Positions 56,778 through 64,000 of a stretch of DNA of 64,000 nt are shown one piece after another. The DNA is taken from contig JBBRET010000011.1 of NCBI GenBank assembly GCA_038202695.1, positions 6,544 through 70,543 of the forward strand, given 5' to 3'. Under the pieces are notes generated by a model. The model searched no databases and was not told the DNA's origin. It saw nothing but the letters and a program-made list of their open reading frames with translations. The translations under genes were made by a program, and so were the position numbers. The stretch comes from Flavobacteriales bacterium. GTDB taxonomy: Bacteria; Bacteroidota; Bacteroidia; Flavobacteriales; Flavobacteriaceae. Numbering within the stretch: position 1 is the stretch's first letter; each line of letters begins with the position of its first letter.

Positions 56778-57971
56778 TTACAATCCAATAGCCCAGTTAG
56801 CAGCCCAGGTTGGCGCAGTAGCTCCACTTCCAGCACCAGTTGCTGTTGTTGTTTCAGCCGCAACTGCTGTTACATCGGCGCTAATACCAGAAGTTGCTGG
56901 TGGTATAGCTGTAGCTTTACCCTTAGTTTTGTTCGTTACATCATTAAAAGTAACATTTGTTCCTTTTAGTGCAGTTCCAACTCCAGCTATTGTTTCATCA
57001 TGCTCAACATCAAAACCTGTTGCAAAACCAGTTAAGTATACGTTTGTAAAAATCCCTCTAGTGCCTCGTCTTAACTTTAACCCTTGATTTTCTGCATATA
57101 TCGCAGAACTTGCAGTACTTCCAGGTCCTACTAAAGTTAAGTTAGTGATTGTAGGATTAGCTATTGGGGTATTAGCAAATCCAAATTCGTAGTTGTCTGC
57201 CTCAATACCTCTATTTCCTTTTCCGAAAGAAATTTTACCATACCAATTAGTGTTTGTTCCATTCCAACCTTCTGTCCAGTCAAATTGGTCGTCTTCGTTC
57301 CCAAAAGAAACTAAGTTCGAAGTGTTTACAGTTCCACCGAAGAATTCGAAACCATCATCTGATCCATGGTAACATTGTACATATTCAAATGTTGTTCCAG
57401 AACCTACTCCAAATAAAGACACTCCATTAAATTCTTTCACTGAACTAAAGTTAGCACCAGTATATTCTAATCTTAAATATCTAATAGAACCTGAATTATC
57501 ATTAGATATAGTTCCACCATATGTTAAATCAGCCACTTCTGATTGAGCAGTAGAAGTTCCACCTGAAACTGTATTTATCGGTGCTTTACCACAAATTACC
57601 AATCCGCCCCAATCTCCTGGGGTTTGAACAGCATTTCCGCTTGTAAATATAACTGGGTTTGAAGCTGTTCCGTTAACAAATATTTTTCCGCCTTGAGCAA
57701 CAGCTATGTAAGCTCCAGTTCCACCAGTTGCTTCTATCACAGTTCCAGCCGGTATAGTTAAACTTGCACCATCACCTATGATAAGTGCTCCAGTCAAGTT
57801 GTAAACAATGTTGTCATTTAAAATAATTTCACCGTCAGCAATAGTTCCTTTAAAGTCTGCTGGATTAACAACGAATGAAGAGGATGGTGTATCATCAGAT
57901 GTTGAACACCCAATAAATAAGCTAGCAGTTATAGCTAAAAGTCCAAATAATTTTACGATTGAATTTTTCAT
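56778..57971 (-). CDS. Beta-helix-like lipoprotein partner of the TonB-dependent receptor (not SusD)
   Basis: Lipobox LFIGC; GASLTIPAGTVI, GDWGGLVICGKAPIN, DDGFEFFGG, DDQFDWTEG, GIEADN repeats. Confidence 0.8.
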   Translation of the reverse strand: MKNSIVKLFGLLAITASLFIGCSTSDDTPSSSFVVNPADFKGTIADGEIILNDNIVYNLTGALIIGDGASLTIPAGTVIEATGGTGAYIAVAQGGKIFVNGTASNPVIFTSGNAVQTPGDWGGLVICGKAPINTVSGGTSTAQSEVADLTYGGTISNDNSGSIRYLRLEYTGANFSSVKEFNGVSLFGVGSGTTFEYVQCYHGSDDGFEFFGGTVNTSNLVSFGNEDDQFDWTEGWNGTNTNWYGKISFGKGNRGIEADNYEFGFANTPIANPTITNLTLVGPGSTASSAIYAENQGLKLRRGTRGIFTNVYLTGFATGFDVEHDETIAGVGTALKGTNVTFNDVTNKTKGKATAIPPATSGISADVTAVAAETTTATGAGSGATAPTWAANWAIGL

Positions 57972-58006
57972 TTTTTTTAATGTAATTAGTAGTTATTTTG
58001 TTGGTA

Positions 58007-58101
58007 CAAATTTGGATTTTTTAGATTTGTTAGGCGTTAAGTAATTGTGATTGTTTGATTAACAAAATCCTATCTAACTATTAATTTAATGTTTCGTATG
58101 T
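58007..58101 (-). promoter_or_regulatory. Degenerate -7 element plus 11-bp-periodic pho-box-like array
   Basis: CAAATTTG at 58007; units at 58036 GTTAA, 58047 GTGAT, 58058 ATTAA, 58080 ATTAA, 58091 GTTTC. Confidence 0.45.
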
Positions 58102-58115
58102 TAATAAAAAGGGGT

Positions 58116-58156
58116 TTAATAATAAAGAGCAGTCACCGACTGCTCTTTATTATTAA
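58116..58156 (-). terminator. Strong hairpin between the TonB receptor and lipoprotein genes
   Basis: TTAATAATAAAGAGCAGTC-ACC-GACTGCTCTTTATTATTAA, perfect 19-bp arms. Confidence 0.85.
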
Positions 58157-58170
58157 AATTGTACAAAATA

Positions 58171-60921
58171 TTAAAACTGATAGTTTACACCTAAGCTTAG
58201 TGTAGCGCCTCTTTTGTATGAAAGAACATTTACATCAGCACTACTGTTTTCCTGAACTCTGTTAATTGTTGGGTTTAAAAGATTTTTGGCAACTAATCCT
58301 AATCCAAGATTCTTGTTTAGTTTTACTTTTGTAATAAAATCTAATGACCCAAATGCTTTGTCTACCTGATTTCCTCTGTTGTTTGTTCCAATTGAATAAA
58401 CTCTGTCTGAAAATTGGCTGAAGGCGATTGTGGTGGTCAAGTTGCTTTCTTTGTTATTCCATTCAGAAAGGAATGAAATATCAGCATTTAATAATAAATC
58501 AGATGCACCAGTTAATTTACTTTCCTTGTTGGTAAAAGCAACATTATAATCAGTTTCTTTAATTACTTTAGATGAATTTAATTCTTGATTACTGTAGAGA
58601 TAAGATGCGTTTATACCAGCAGAAAGTTTTTTAGCATTTCCTTCACTAAAGTTAAATAGCACTTTTCTGTACTCAACTTCGGCTCCTGCTACATAACCAT
58701 AATCTCCGGTGTTCACATAAGAAATGTCATTGGTTGACGAAACAATAGTTACTTCGTTTATTGGATTTAAAATATATTTTCCGAATGCTGTTATCGAAAC
58801 TAGTTCCTCGCTTTTTGGAAACATTTCCCATTTGATGTCTACATTATAATCGTCAGACTCATATAAATTTGGATTACCAATTTTAGACTCATTTACTTCT
58901 TCATAAATAAACAAAGCTCTTTCTTTAAACTGCGGTAAGGTATAGGTTTTACTAAATCCGAAACGTAAATTTTGTTTTTCGTTCAATTCATATTTTAAAA
59001 TCAAACTCGGCAAAAAAGCTATTTTATCCAATTCATCTTGACCACCATTAGGATCTAATGAAGTGTTCCATTGCACTTTTTGCAATAAATATTCTCCTCT
59101 TAAACCCAATACAGCTGTTACTTTATTGAACTTGTATTCAGTATTTAAATAACCGCCATTTACAAATAAATCACCTTCATAAAATTGCGGATTAGTTGCT
59201 CCCGGAGCATTCGAATTACCTCTGAAAGTAGAAATTTGAAAGAAACCATTATTGTAATTTTGTTGATTAAAAAACAAATCTAAATTATCAATGTCTACGA
59301 TATCTCCAGAATTAGCATTGCTTGGTTTGAAATTAAATTGTGTTGCTTCAAAATTTCTTTTCTTGATTTTTGCAGAGTAACCTGCAGTGAATTTACCTTT
59401 AAAATCACCATCTGCATTTTTGTTGAATTTGTAATCAAAAGATAAATTGGTTGCCACTTCTGTTTCATCTAGTTTTTGGAAATACCGGTGATTGTTTGCT
59501 GCAGATTGCCCCAAAAGTATATAGCCACCGGTAGGTTGTAGGTTTAAAGTGTTTTGGGTTCTGTCTGGCTGATCTCCTGTAATGGTGTTATAGGAAACGC
59601 CCCAATTGAATTTTGAACGTTCTGAAAATTTATGATCACCCAATAATTGATTTATCCACAGAGTGTTTTTGTCGTATTTGTTTCTGCGGATGAAACCATT
59701 ACCATCATCGCCACCATCCACAAAATATCCTGTATATTCTTCTTTAGAAAGTGCTGCTGTATTGATGAATATGGAATTAAAATTGATTTTATTATTGCTG
59801 TTTATTTTGTAACCAATATTAGCCATTCCCGTAAAATTGGTTGAATAACTCATTGCGGTATAATCATTAAAATCTTTATTGGCAACTCCACTTCCGTTGA
59901 TGCTTTTTACGCTACCATCGGTAATAGAATTGTATTCATTGCTATAATTGGCAGTAGCAAAAAGATTTAATTTTCCTTCCGATCCAATATCGAAATTTTT
60001 TCCTCCTGATAGTCCGATTGTACCAGCAAACGGATTTTTGCTTTCTAGTTGTAAGGTGTTAAATCCATAAGAAGTTAATGGGTTATTTGGAATAGAAGTG
60101 GTGCTAAATCCAAAGCTATTATATCCTTTTTGTAGTTTGAAGTTATCTTCTGCAATAGAATTGGTGTTGATTTTAGAACCAATCTCCAACTTCAAAAATC
60201 CTTTGCCTTTATAATCTTTAGAAATAATGTCAACGTTTCCTCCAGCAAAATCTCCAAATAACCTACTTGTGTAAACTTTATCTATCGAAACCGATTCTAC
60301 GATATCTGTTGAGAAAATTTCCAAATTTAAATTCTTCTTTTCTGGATCTTGCGACGGAATTGGCAATCCGTTCATTGTAGTAGAGTTGTATCGGTCGCCC
60401 AATCCTCTTACAAATATATTTCCAGTACCTTCTTGTTTGGTTATCCCAGTCGTTTTAGTCACAGCTGTTGCAACATCACTAACTCCTTTTCTTGACATTT
60501 CTTGAGCGCCAATACTTTGTTTAATCTCAACTGCTTTTTTTTGTTCTAACAATAAAGCGGTTTCTTTTTCACGACTCACAGTGTTCTGAATCACTACATC
60601 CTTCAACTGATAGCTTCCTGAACCCAACGCTTTATTTAAGGTAATAGTTTCTCCAGCCTTTACTTCTACTTTTTCTTCTACTGTTTCATAGCCTAAAAAG
60701 CTAAATTGTACAATGTAACTACCAGCATCAACTGTAATAGAATATTTCCCGGTTTCATCAGTTGTTACTCCGATAGTGGTTCCTTTAATAATCACGTTAG
60801 CAAAAGGCAGTGATTCATTGTTTACATCTTTGTCCGTCAAAACCCCAATAATCGTTCCTTTGTTTTGTGCAAAACCAAGAACAGTGACCAATAAAAAAGT
60901 GAAAATTAGTTTAAATTTCAT
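58171..60921 (-). CDS. TonB-dependent receptor
   Basis: Signal peptide from ATG 60921; N-terminal carboxypeptidase-regulatory-like domain; plug VRGLGDRYN...KVYTSRLFGDFAGGNVDI; barrel ending NYQF. Confidence 0.92.
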   Translation of the reverse strand: MKFKLIFTFLLVTVLGFAQNKGTIIGVLTDKDVNNESLPFANVIIKGTTIGVTTDETGKYSITVDAGSYIVQFSFLGYETVEEKVEVKAGETITLNKALGSGSYQLKDVVIQNTVSREKETALLLEQKKAVEIKQSIGAQEMSRKGVSDVATAVTKTTGITKQEGTGNIFVRGLGDRYNSTTMNGLPIPSQDPEKKNLNLEIFSTDIVESVSIDKVYTSRLFGDFAGGNVDIISKDYKGKGFLKLEIGSKINTNSIAEDNFKLQKGYNSFGFSTTSIPNNPLTSYGFNTLQLESKNPFAGTIGLSGGKNFDIGSEGKLNLFATANYSNEYNSITDGSVKSINGSGVANKDFNDYTAMSYSTNFTGMANIGYKINSNNKINFNSIFINTAALSKEEYTGYFVDGGDDGNGFIRRNKYDKNTLWINQLLGDHKFSERSKFNWGVSYNTITGDQPDRTQNTLNLQPTGGYILLGQSAANNHRYFQKLDETEVATNLSFDYKFNKNADGDFKGKFTAGYSAKIKKRNFEATQFNFKPSNANSGDIVDIDNLDLFFNQQNYNNGFFQISTFRGNSNAPGATNPQFYEGDLFVNGGYLNTEYKFNKVTAVLGLRGEYLLQKVQWNTSLDPNGGQDELDKIAFLPSLILKYELNEKQNLRFGFSKTYTLPQFKERALFIYEEVNESKIGNPNLYESDDYNVDIKWEMFPKSEELVSITAFGKYILNPINEVTIVSSTNDISYVNTGDYGYVAGAEVEYRKVLFNFSEGNAKKLSAGINASYLYSNQELNSSKVIKETDYNVAFTNKESKLTGASDLLLNADISFLSEWNNKESNLTTTIAFSQFSDRVYSIGTNNRGNQVDKAFGSLDFITKVKLNKNLGLGLVAKNLLNPTINRVQENSSADVNVLSYKRGATLSLGVNYQF

Positions 60922-60939
60922 TTTATTTAAATTTTGGTG

Positions 60940-61023
60940 CAAAGAAACCACTGTTATGTAAAGGTCACGTTACTCCATTATTACCATTTTGTTCTTTAAC
61001 CATTACCAAATTGTTAACAGATT
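60940..61023 (-). promoter_or_regulatory. Degenerate -7 element plus five 11-bp direct repeats (pho-box-like)
   Basis: CAAAGAAA at 60940; units at 60969 GTTAC, 60980 ATTAC, 60991 GTTCT, 61002 ATTAC, 61013 GTTAA. Confidence 0.6.
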
Positions 61024-61107
61024 AAATTACGGTTAACTCCAATCTGGTTTATCAAATCATTTTGTATTATCTTTACATTTACATCCACAAAAACAATTGT
61101 GTCCATT

Positions 61108-61791
61108 ATGAAAAAGAAAGACATTAAGATTTTACTAGTAGATGATGAGCAAGATATCCTAGAGATTGTAGGATATAATCTTTCTCAAGAAGGGTACCAA
61201 ATAGTAACTGCTACTAATGGGAAAGAAGCAATAGCTAAAGCCAAAAAAGAATTGCCTCAACTGATCATTATGGATGTAATGATGCCTGAAATGGATGGAA
61301 TGGAAGCTTGTGAAAACATTAGGAAACTTCCCGAATTGAGTAACGTAATCATTACCTTTTTGACCGCAAGAAGTGAAGATTATTCTCAAGTAGCCGGATT
61401 TGATGCTGGTGCCGATGATTATATCACAAAACCAATCAAACCTAAATTATTAGTCAGTAAGGTGAAAGCACTGCTACGCCGTTTAAAAAGTGACGAACAC
61501 GATTCTGAAACTTTAAATGTTGGTGGAATCGAAATCAACCGAGAAGAATATAAAATCATCAAAGACAACAAAGAAATTATTTTACCTCGAAAAGAATTTG
61601 AACTGTTTTATCTTTTAGCCTCTAAACCCGGTAAAGTTTTTAAACGCGAAGAGATTTTAGATAAAGTTTGGGGTAACGAAGTAATTGTGGGCGGAAGAAC
61701 CATTGATGTACATATTAGAAAACTCCGCGAAAAAATTGGTGATGAACTATTTAAAACCATCAAAGGAGTCGGCTATAAATTAGAAGTGTAA
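61108..61791 (+). CDS. OmpR/PhoB-family response regulator
   Basis: LLVDDE, IMDVMMP, ADDYITKP, winged helix RTIDVHIRKLREK...TIKGVGY; start placed at ATG 61108. Confidence 0.95.
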   Translation: MKKKDIKILLVDDEQDILEIVGYNLSQEGYQIVTATNGKEAIAKAKKELPQLIIMDVMMPEMDGMEACENIRKLPELSNVIITFLTARSEDYSQVAGFDAGADDYITKPIKPKLLVSKVKALLRRLKSDEHDSETLNVGGIEINREEYKIIKDNKEIILPRKEFELFYLLASKPGKVFKREEILDKVWGNEVIVGGRTIDVHIRKLREKIGDELFKTIKGVGYKLEV

Positions 61792-62835
61792 ATGAAATTA
61801 AAATTCAAGAAAACTTACAGATTTGCTTTAGTTTCTACCGCATACATTACCGTTTTTGCCACAGGTTTTCTTGCTGTTTTGTTGTGGTTTTTTCATGAAT
61901 TTTCAATGCCAATTCTTATAGTCTTTGCCATTTGTATGGCAACGTTTTCCTTTTTTGTTATTCAATATCGCGTGGAACGATTTATTTATAGGAGGGTAAA
62001 AAAAATCTACGATGATGTATCGCTTTTAGAATCAACTTCTTTCCGAAATCAACCGATTACTACCGACATGGAAACTTTAACCAAACAGGTCAAAAAGTTT
62101 GCAACCGATAAAAAACTCGAAATCGAAACCTTAAAAGTGCGTGAGGAGTACCGAAGAGAATTCTTAGGCAATGTTTCCCACGAACTCAAAACGCCATTAT
62201 TCACAGTGCAAGGCTATCTTTCTACTTTGATAGATGGTGCAATAAATGATAAAAGTGTCCGTAAAAAGTATCTTGATAGAGCCGAAAAAGGTGTGGAGCG
62301 ACTCATTTATATTGTGGAAGATTTAGACATGATTTCTAAACTTGAAATGGGCGATGTGAATTTAGAGTTGTCCAAATTTAACATAGTCGAATTGGTACAA
62401 AGTGTTTTCGATTTACTCGAAATGACGGCCGACAAAAAGAACATTATTTTGATGTTTGATCGCAAATATAGCCGACCTGTAACTGTTTTTGCCGATCAGG
62501 ATAAAATCCAACAAGTACTTTCTAATCTGATTATGAATTCCATAAAATACGGAAAAGAAAATGGTACAACAGAGGTAACCATAGAAGATCTAATCGACGA
62601 CAAAATAATTGTAAGAATTCGAGATAATGGAGAAGGAATTGAGAAGCAAAATATCTCACGTTTGTTTGAACGTTTTTTCAGAGTTGATAAAAGTGGCGCG
62701 CGAAGTGAAGGTGGTTCTGGTCTGGGACTTTCCATTGTGAAGCATATCATAGAAGCGCACGGCGAAAAAATCTACATCGAAAGCGAATTTGGTAAAGGCT
62801 CAGAGTTTTCATTCACCCTCGAAAAGGATCAATAA
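61792..62835 (+). CDS. PhoR-like sensor histidine kinase
   Basis: Two N-terminal TM segments with no periplasmic domain; NVSHELKTP, NLIMNSIKY, DNGEGI, RFFRVD, GSGLGL. Confidence 0.93.
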   Translation: MKLKFKKTYRFALVSTAYITVFATGFLAVLLWFFHEFSMPILIVFAICMATFSFFVIQYRVERFIYRRVKKIYDDVSLLESTSFRNQPITTDMETLTKQVKKFATDKKLEIETLKVREEYRREFLGNVSHELKTPLFTVQGYLSTLIDGAINDKSVRKKYLDRAEKGVERLIYIVEDLDMISKLEMGDVNLELSKFNIVELVQSVFDLLEMTADKKNIILMFDRKYSRPVTVFADQDKIQQVLSNLIMNSIKYGKENGTTEVTIEDLIDDKIIVRIRDNGEGIEKQNISRLFERFFRVDKSGARSEGGSGLGLSIVKHIIEAHGEKIYIESEFGKGSEFSFTLEKDQ

Positions 62836-63873
62836 CTGCTTCCAATGCACGTCTTTTTTGATTTGCGGTATACCTTGATATAATTTAACATCTTTCAAAT
62901 CAGTAATGTTGAAATCCTCTTGTTTTGCATACGGCGCAAAGCCATTTCTCTTTAATCTTTTAGCCAAATATTCCTGCTCAAACTGCCCTGGTGTTGGAAT
63001 GAAAAATGCTTTCTTTTTGAGTTTTGCCAAATCCATTATCGTGGTATATCCGGAACGACAAAGAACCATTTCACTTTCGTTAAAAGCCTTTTCTAGTGCT
63101 CCAGAGGTCATGAAATTGTAATAGGTAACATGTTCAGCGATTTCTATTTTTTGTTCAGGCTCTATAACGCCCTTTATAAAAATGACATTTCCGTCAAACA
63201 AGCGAATTTCATTTTTTAGTTTTTGCTCCAAATAAGTACGCTGAGGTTCTGGTCCTGAAAGAACAACCATTAAATCGTATTTCATTGGTAACGTCTCTTT
63301 TTCTAGTCGACTTAACGGACCTAGATATCTCAGATTCAACTTGCTTTTTTTTAAATGTCCTAGTTTCCCCGTTAAATTAGGTTGTCCTTCGGCATCTGGA
63401 ATCCAGCATTCTGTAAATTTTTTGATAAAATGCTGGTGCAGTTTGCTTGAAATCCAAGTTGTTTTTCCAGACAATACAGTAAGTTGATGTGTGATAAAAA
63501 CACTCGGAATCTTTTTACTGTAAACACCTAAGCGATTATCTGAAATGATTCCGTAAAGATTGAACTCTGTAATCCATTTTTTGACGATTTTCTTTTCTGT
63601 AAAGATGGCATCAATCATATTTGGACTATTTTTAATTAGTTTCCATTTAAAATCACCGCCATTTTTGGCATATTCAATGTTGTATGTAGGTAGTGTTAAG
63701 GCTTGTAAATGCGGAAATTCCTTTTGAAGAATTTGCAATGCTGCACCATCAGAAGCAATTATAGGGGTAAACCCATTTTTTTCCAATTCATGAATAATCG
63801 GAATACAGCGCGTGGCGTGACCTAAACCCCAATTTAAAGGGGCAACCAAAATGTTTCTTACTAAATTTTTCAA
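62809..63873 (-). CDS. Glycosyltransferase (GT-B, GT28 C-terminal-like)
   Basis: LNWGLGHATR, CRSGYTT, PTPGQFEQ. Confidence 0.85.
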   Translation of the reverse strand: MKNLVRNILVAPLNWGLGHATRCIPIIHELEKNGFTPIIASDGAALQILQKEFPHLQALTLPTYNIEYAKNGGDFKWKLIKNSPNMIDAIFTEKKIVKKWITEFNLYGIISDNRLGVYSKKIPSVFITHQLTVLSGKTTWISSKLHQHFIKKFTECWIPDAEGQPNLTGKLGHLKKSKLNLRYLGPLSRLEKETLPMKYDLMVVLSGPEPQRTYLEQKLKNEIRLFDGNVIFIKGVIEPEQKIEIAEHVTYYNFMTSGALEKAFNESEMVLCRSGYTTIMDLAKLKKKAFFIPTPGQFEQEYLAKRLKRNGFAPYAKQEDFNITDLKDVKLYQGIPQIKKDVHWKQLLILFEGE

Positions 63874-63959
63874 GTGGTGAATTTACGATTTTAAAAATGC
63901 AAAGTAAAAAAGATTTCCCGTAGTTTATATTTCCTTAATTTTACCAAAAAATTAAGTTT

Positions 63960-64000
63960 GTGGGTAGTAAGAATAAATTAAAGCGGTTTAAAGAAAACGA
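63960..64000 (+). CDS. trmB: Start of tRNA (guanine-N7)-methyltransferase; runs off the window
   Basis: GTG start gives MGSKNKLKRFKEN, which I recognise as the N-terminus of Flavobacteriaceae TrmB; only 13 codons are visible. Confidence 0.7.
   Translation, partial: MGSKNKLKRFKEN

Noticed and set aside
2145-63121. The many short antisense or alternate-frame ORFs in the track (e.g. 4883-5230, 14039-14335, 31172-31552, 54670-55017)
   Set aside because: They lie wholly within well-supported genes, have no recognisable motifs, and are expected shadow ORFs.

Overview
A 64 kb stretch of core chromosome from a Flavobacterium-like Bacteroidetes genome. The assignment rests on AT-rich sequence, many TAnnTTTG -7 promoter elements and type IX secretion (T9SS) C-terminal domains. 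Housekeeping genes include sucA-sucB, tatD, ansA, tRNA-Ser(GGA), rpoN, asnS, pyrH-frr, ftsX-uppP-truB, leuS, pckA, hemD, pyrC, tyrS and the start of trmB. I found no transposase, integrase, prophage or CRISPR array. Best candidate for an undescribed system (about 10.3-18.5 kb): a membrane-anchored TPR-CHAT (caspase-like) protease with an intact His/Cys dyad, a PKD/Ig-plus-beta-barrel protein, an ECF sigma factor and a TM-TPR anti-sigma-like protein. Divergent from the sigma gene lie three small exported proteins; two share a near-identical 54-55 bp leader, and a GGTAAC-N16-TNATAT promoter-like motif occurs three times upstream of these two genes. Other signals: (1) two 11-bp-periodic pho-box-like arrays at identical spacing from the promoters of a TonB receptor and a non-SusD lipoprotein beside a PhoBR-like pair; (2) four copies of a structured Flavo-1-like intergenic element, two joined to a REP-like hairpin; (3) two apparent REP-derived in-frame peptides inside leuS; (4) a clean sigma-54 promoter before a Zn-peptidase; (5) a 54-aa membrane-protein ORF missing from the ORF track; (6) a T9SS cargo that is little more than its sorting domain. 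All product calls come from motif recognition by eye; no database search was run.
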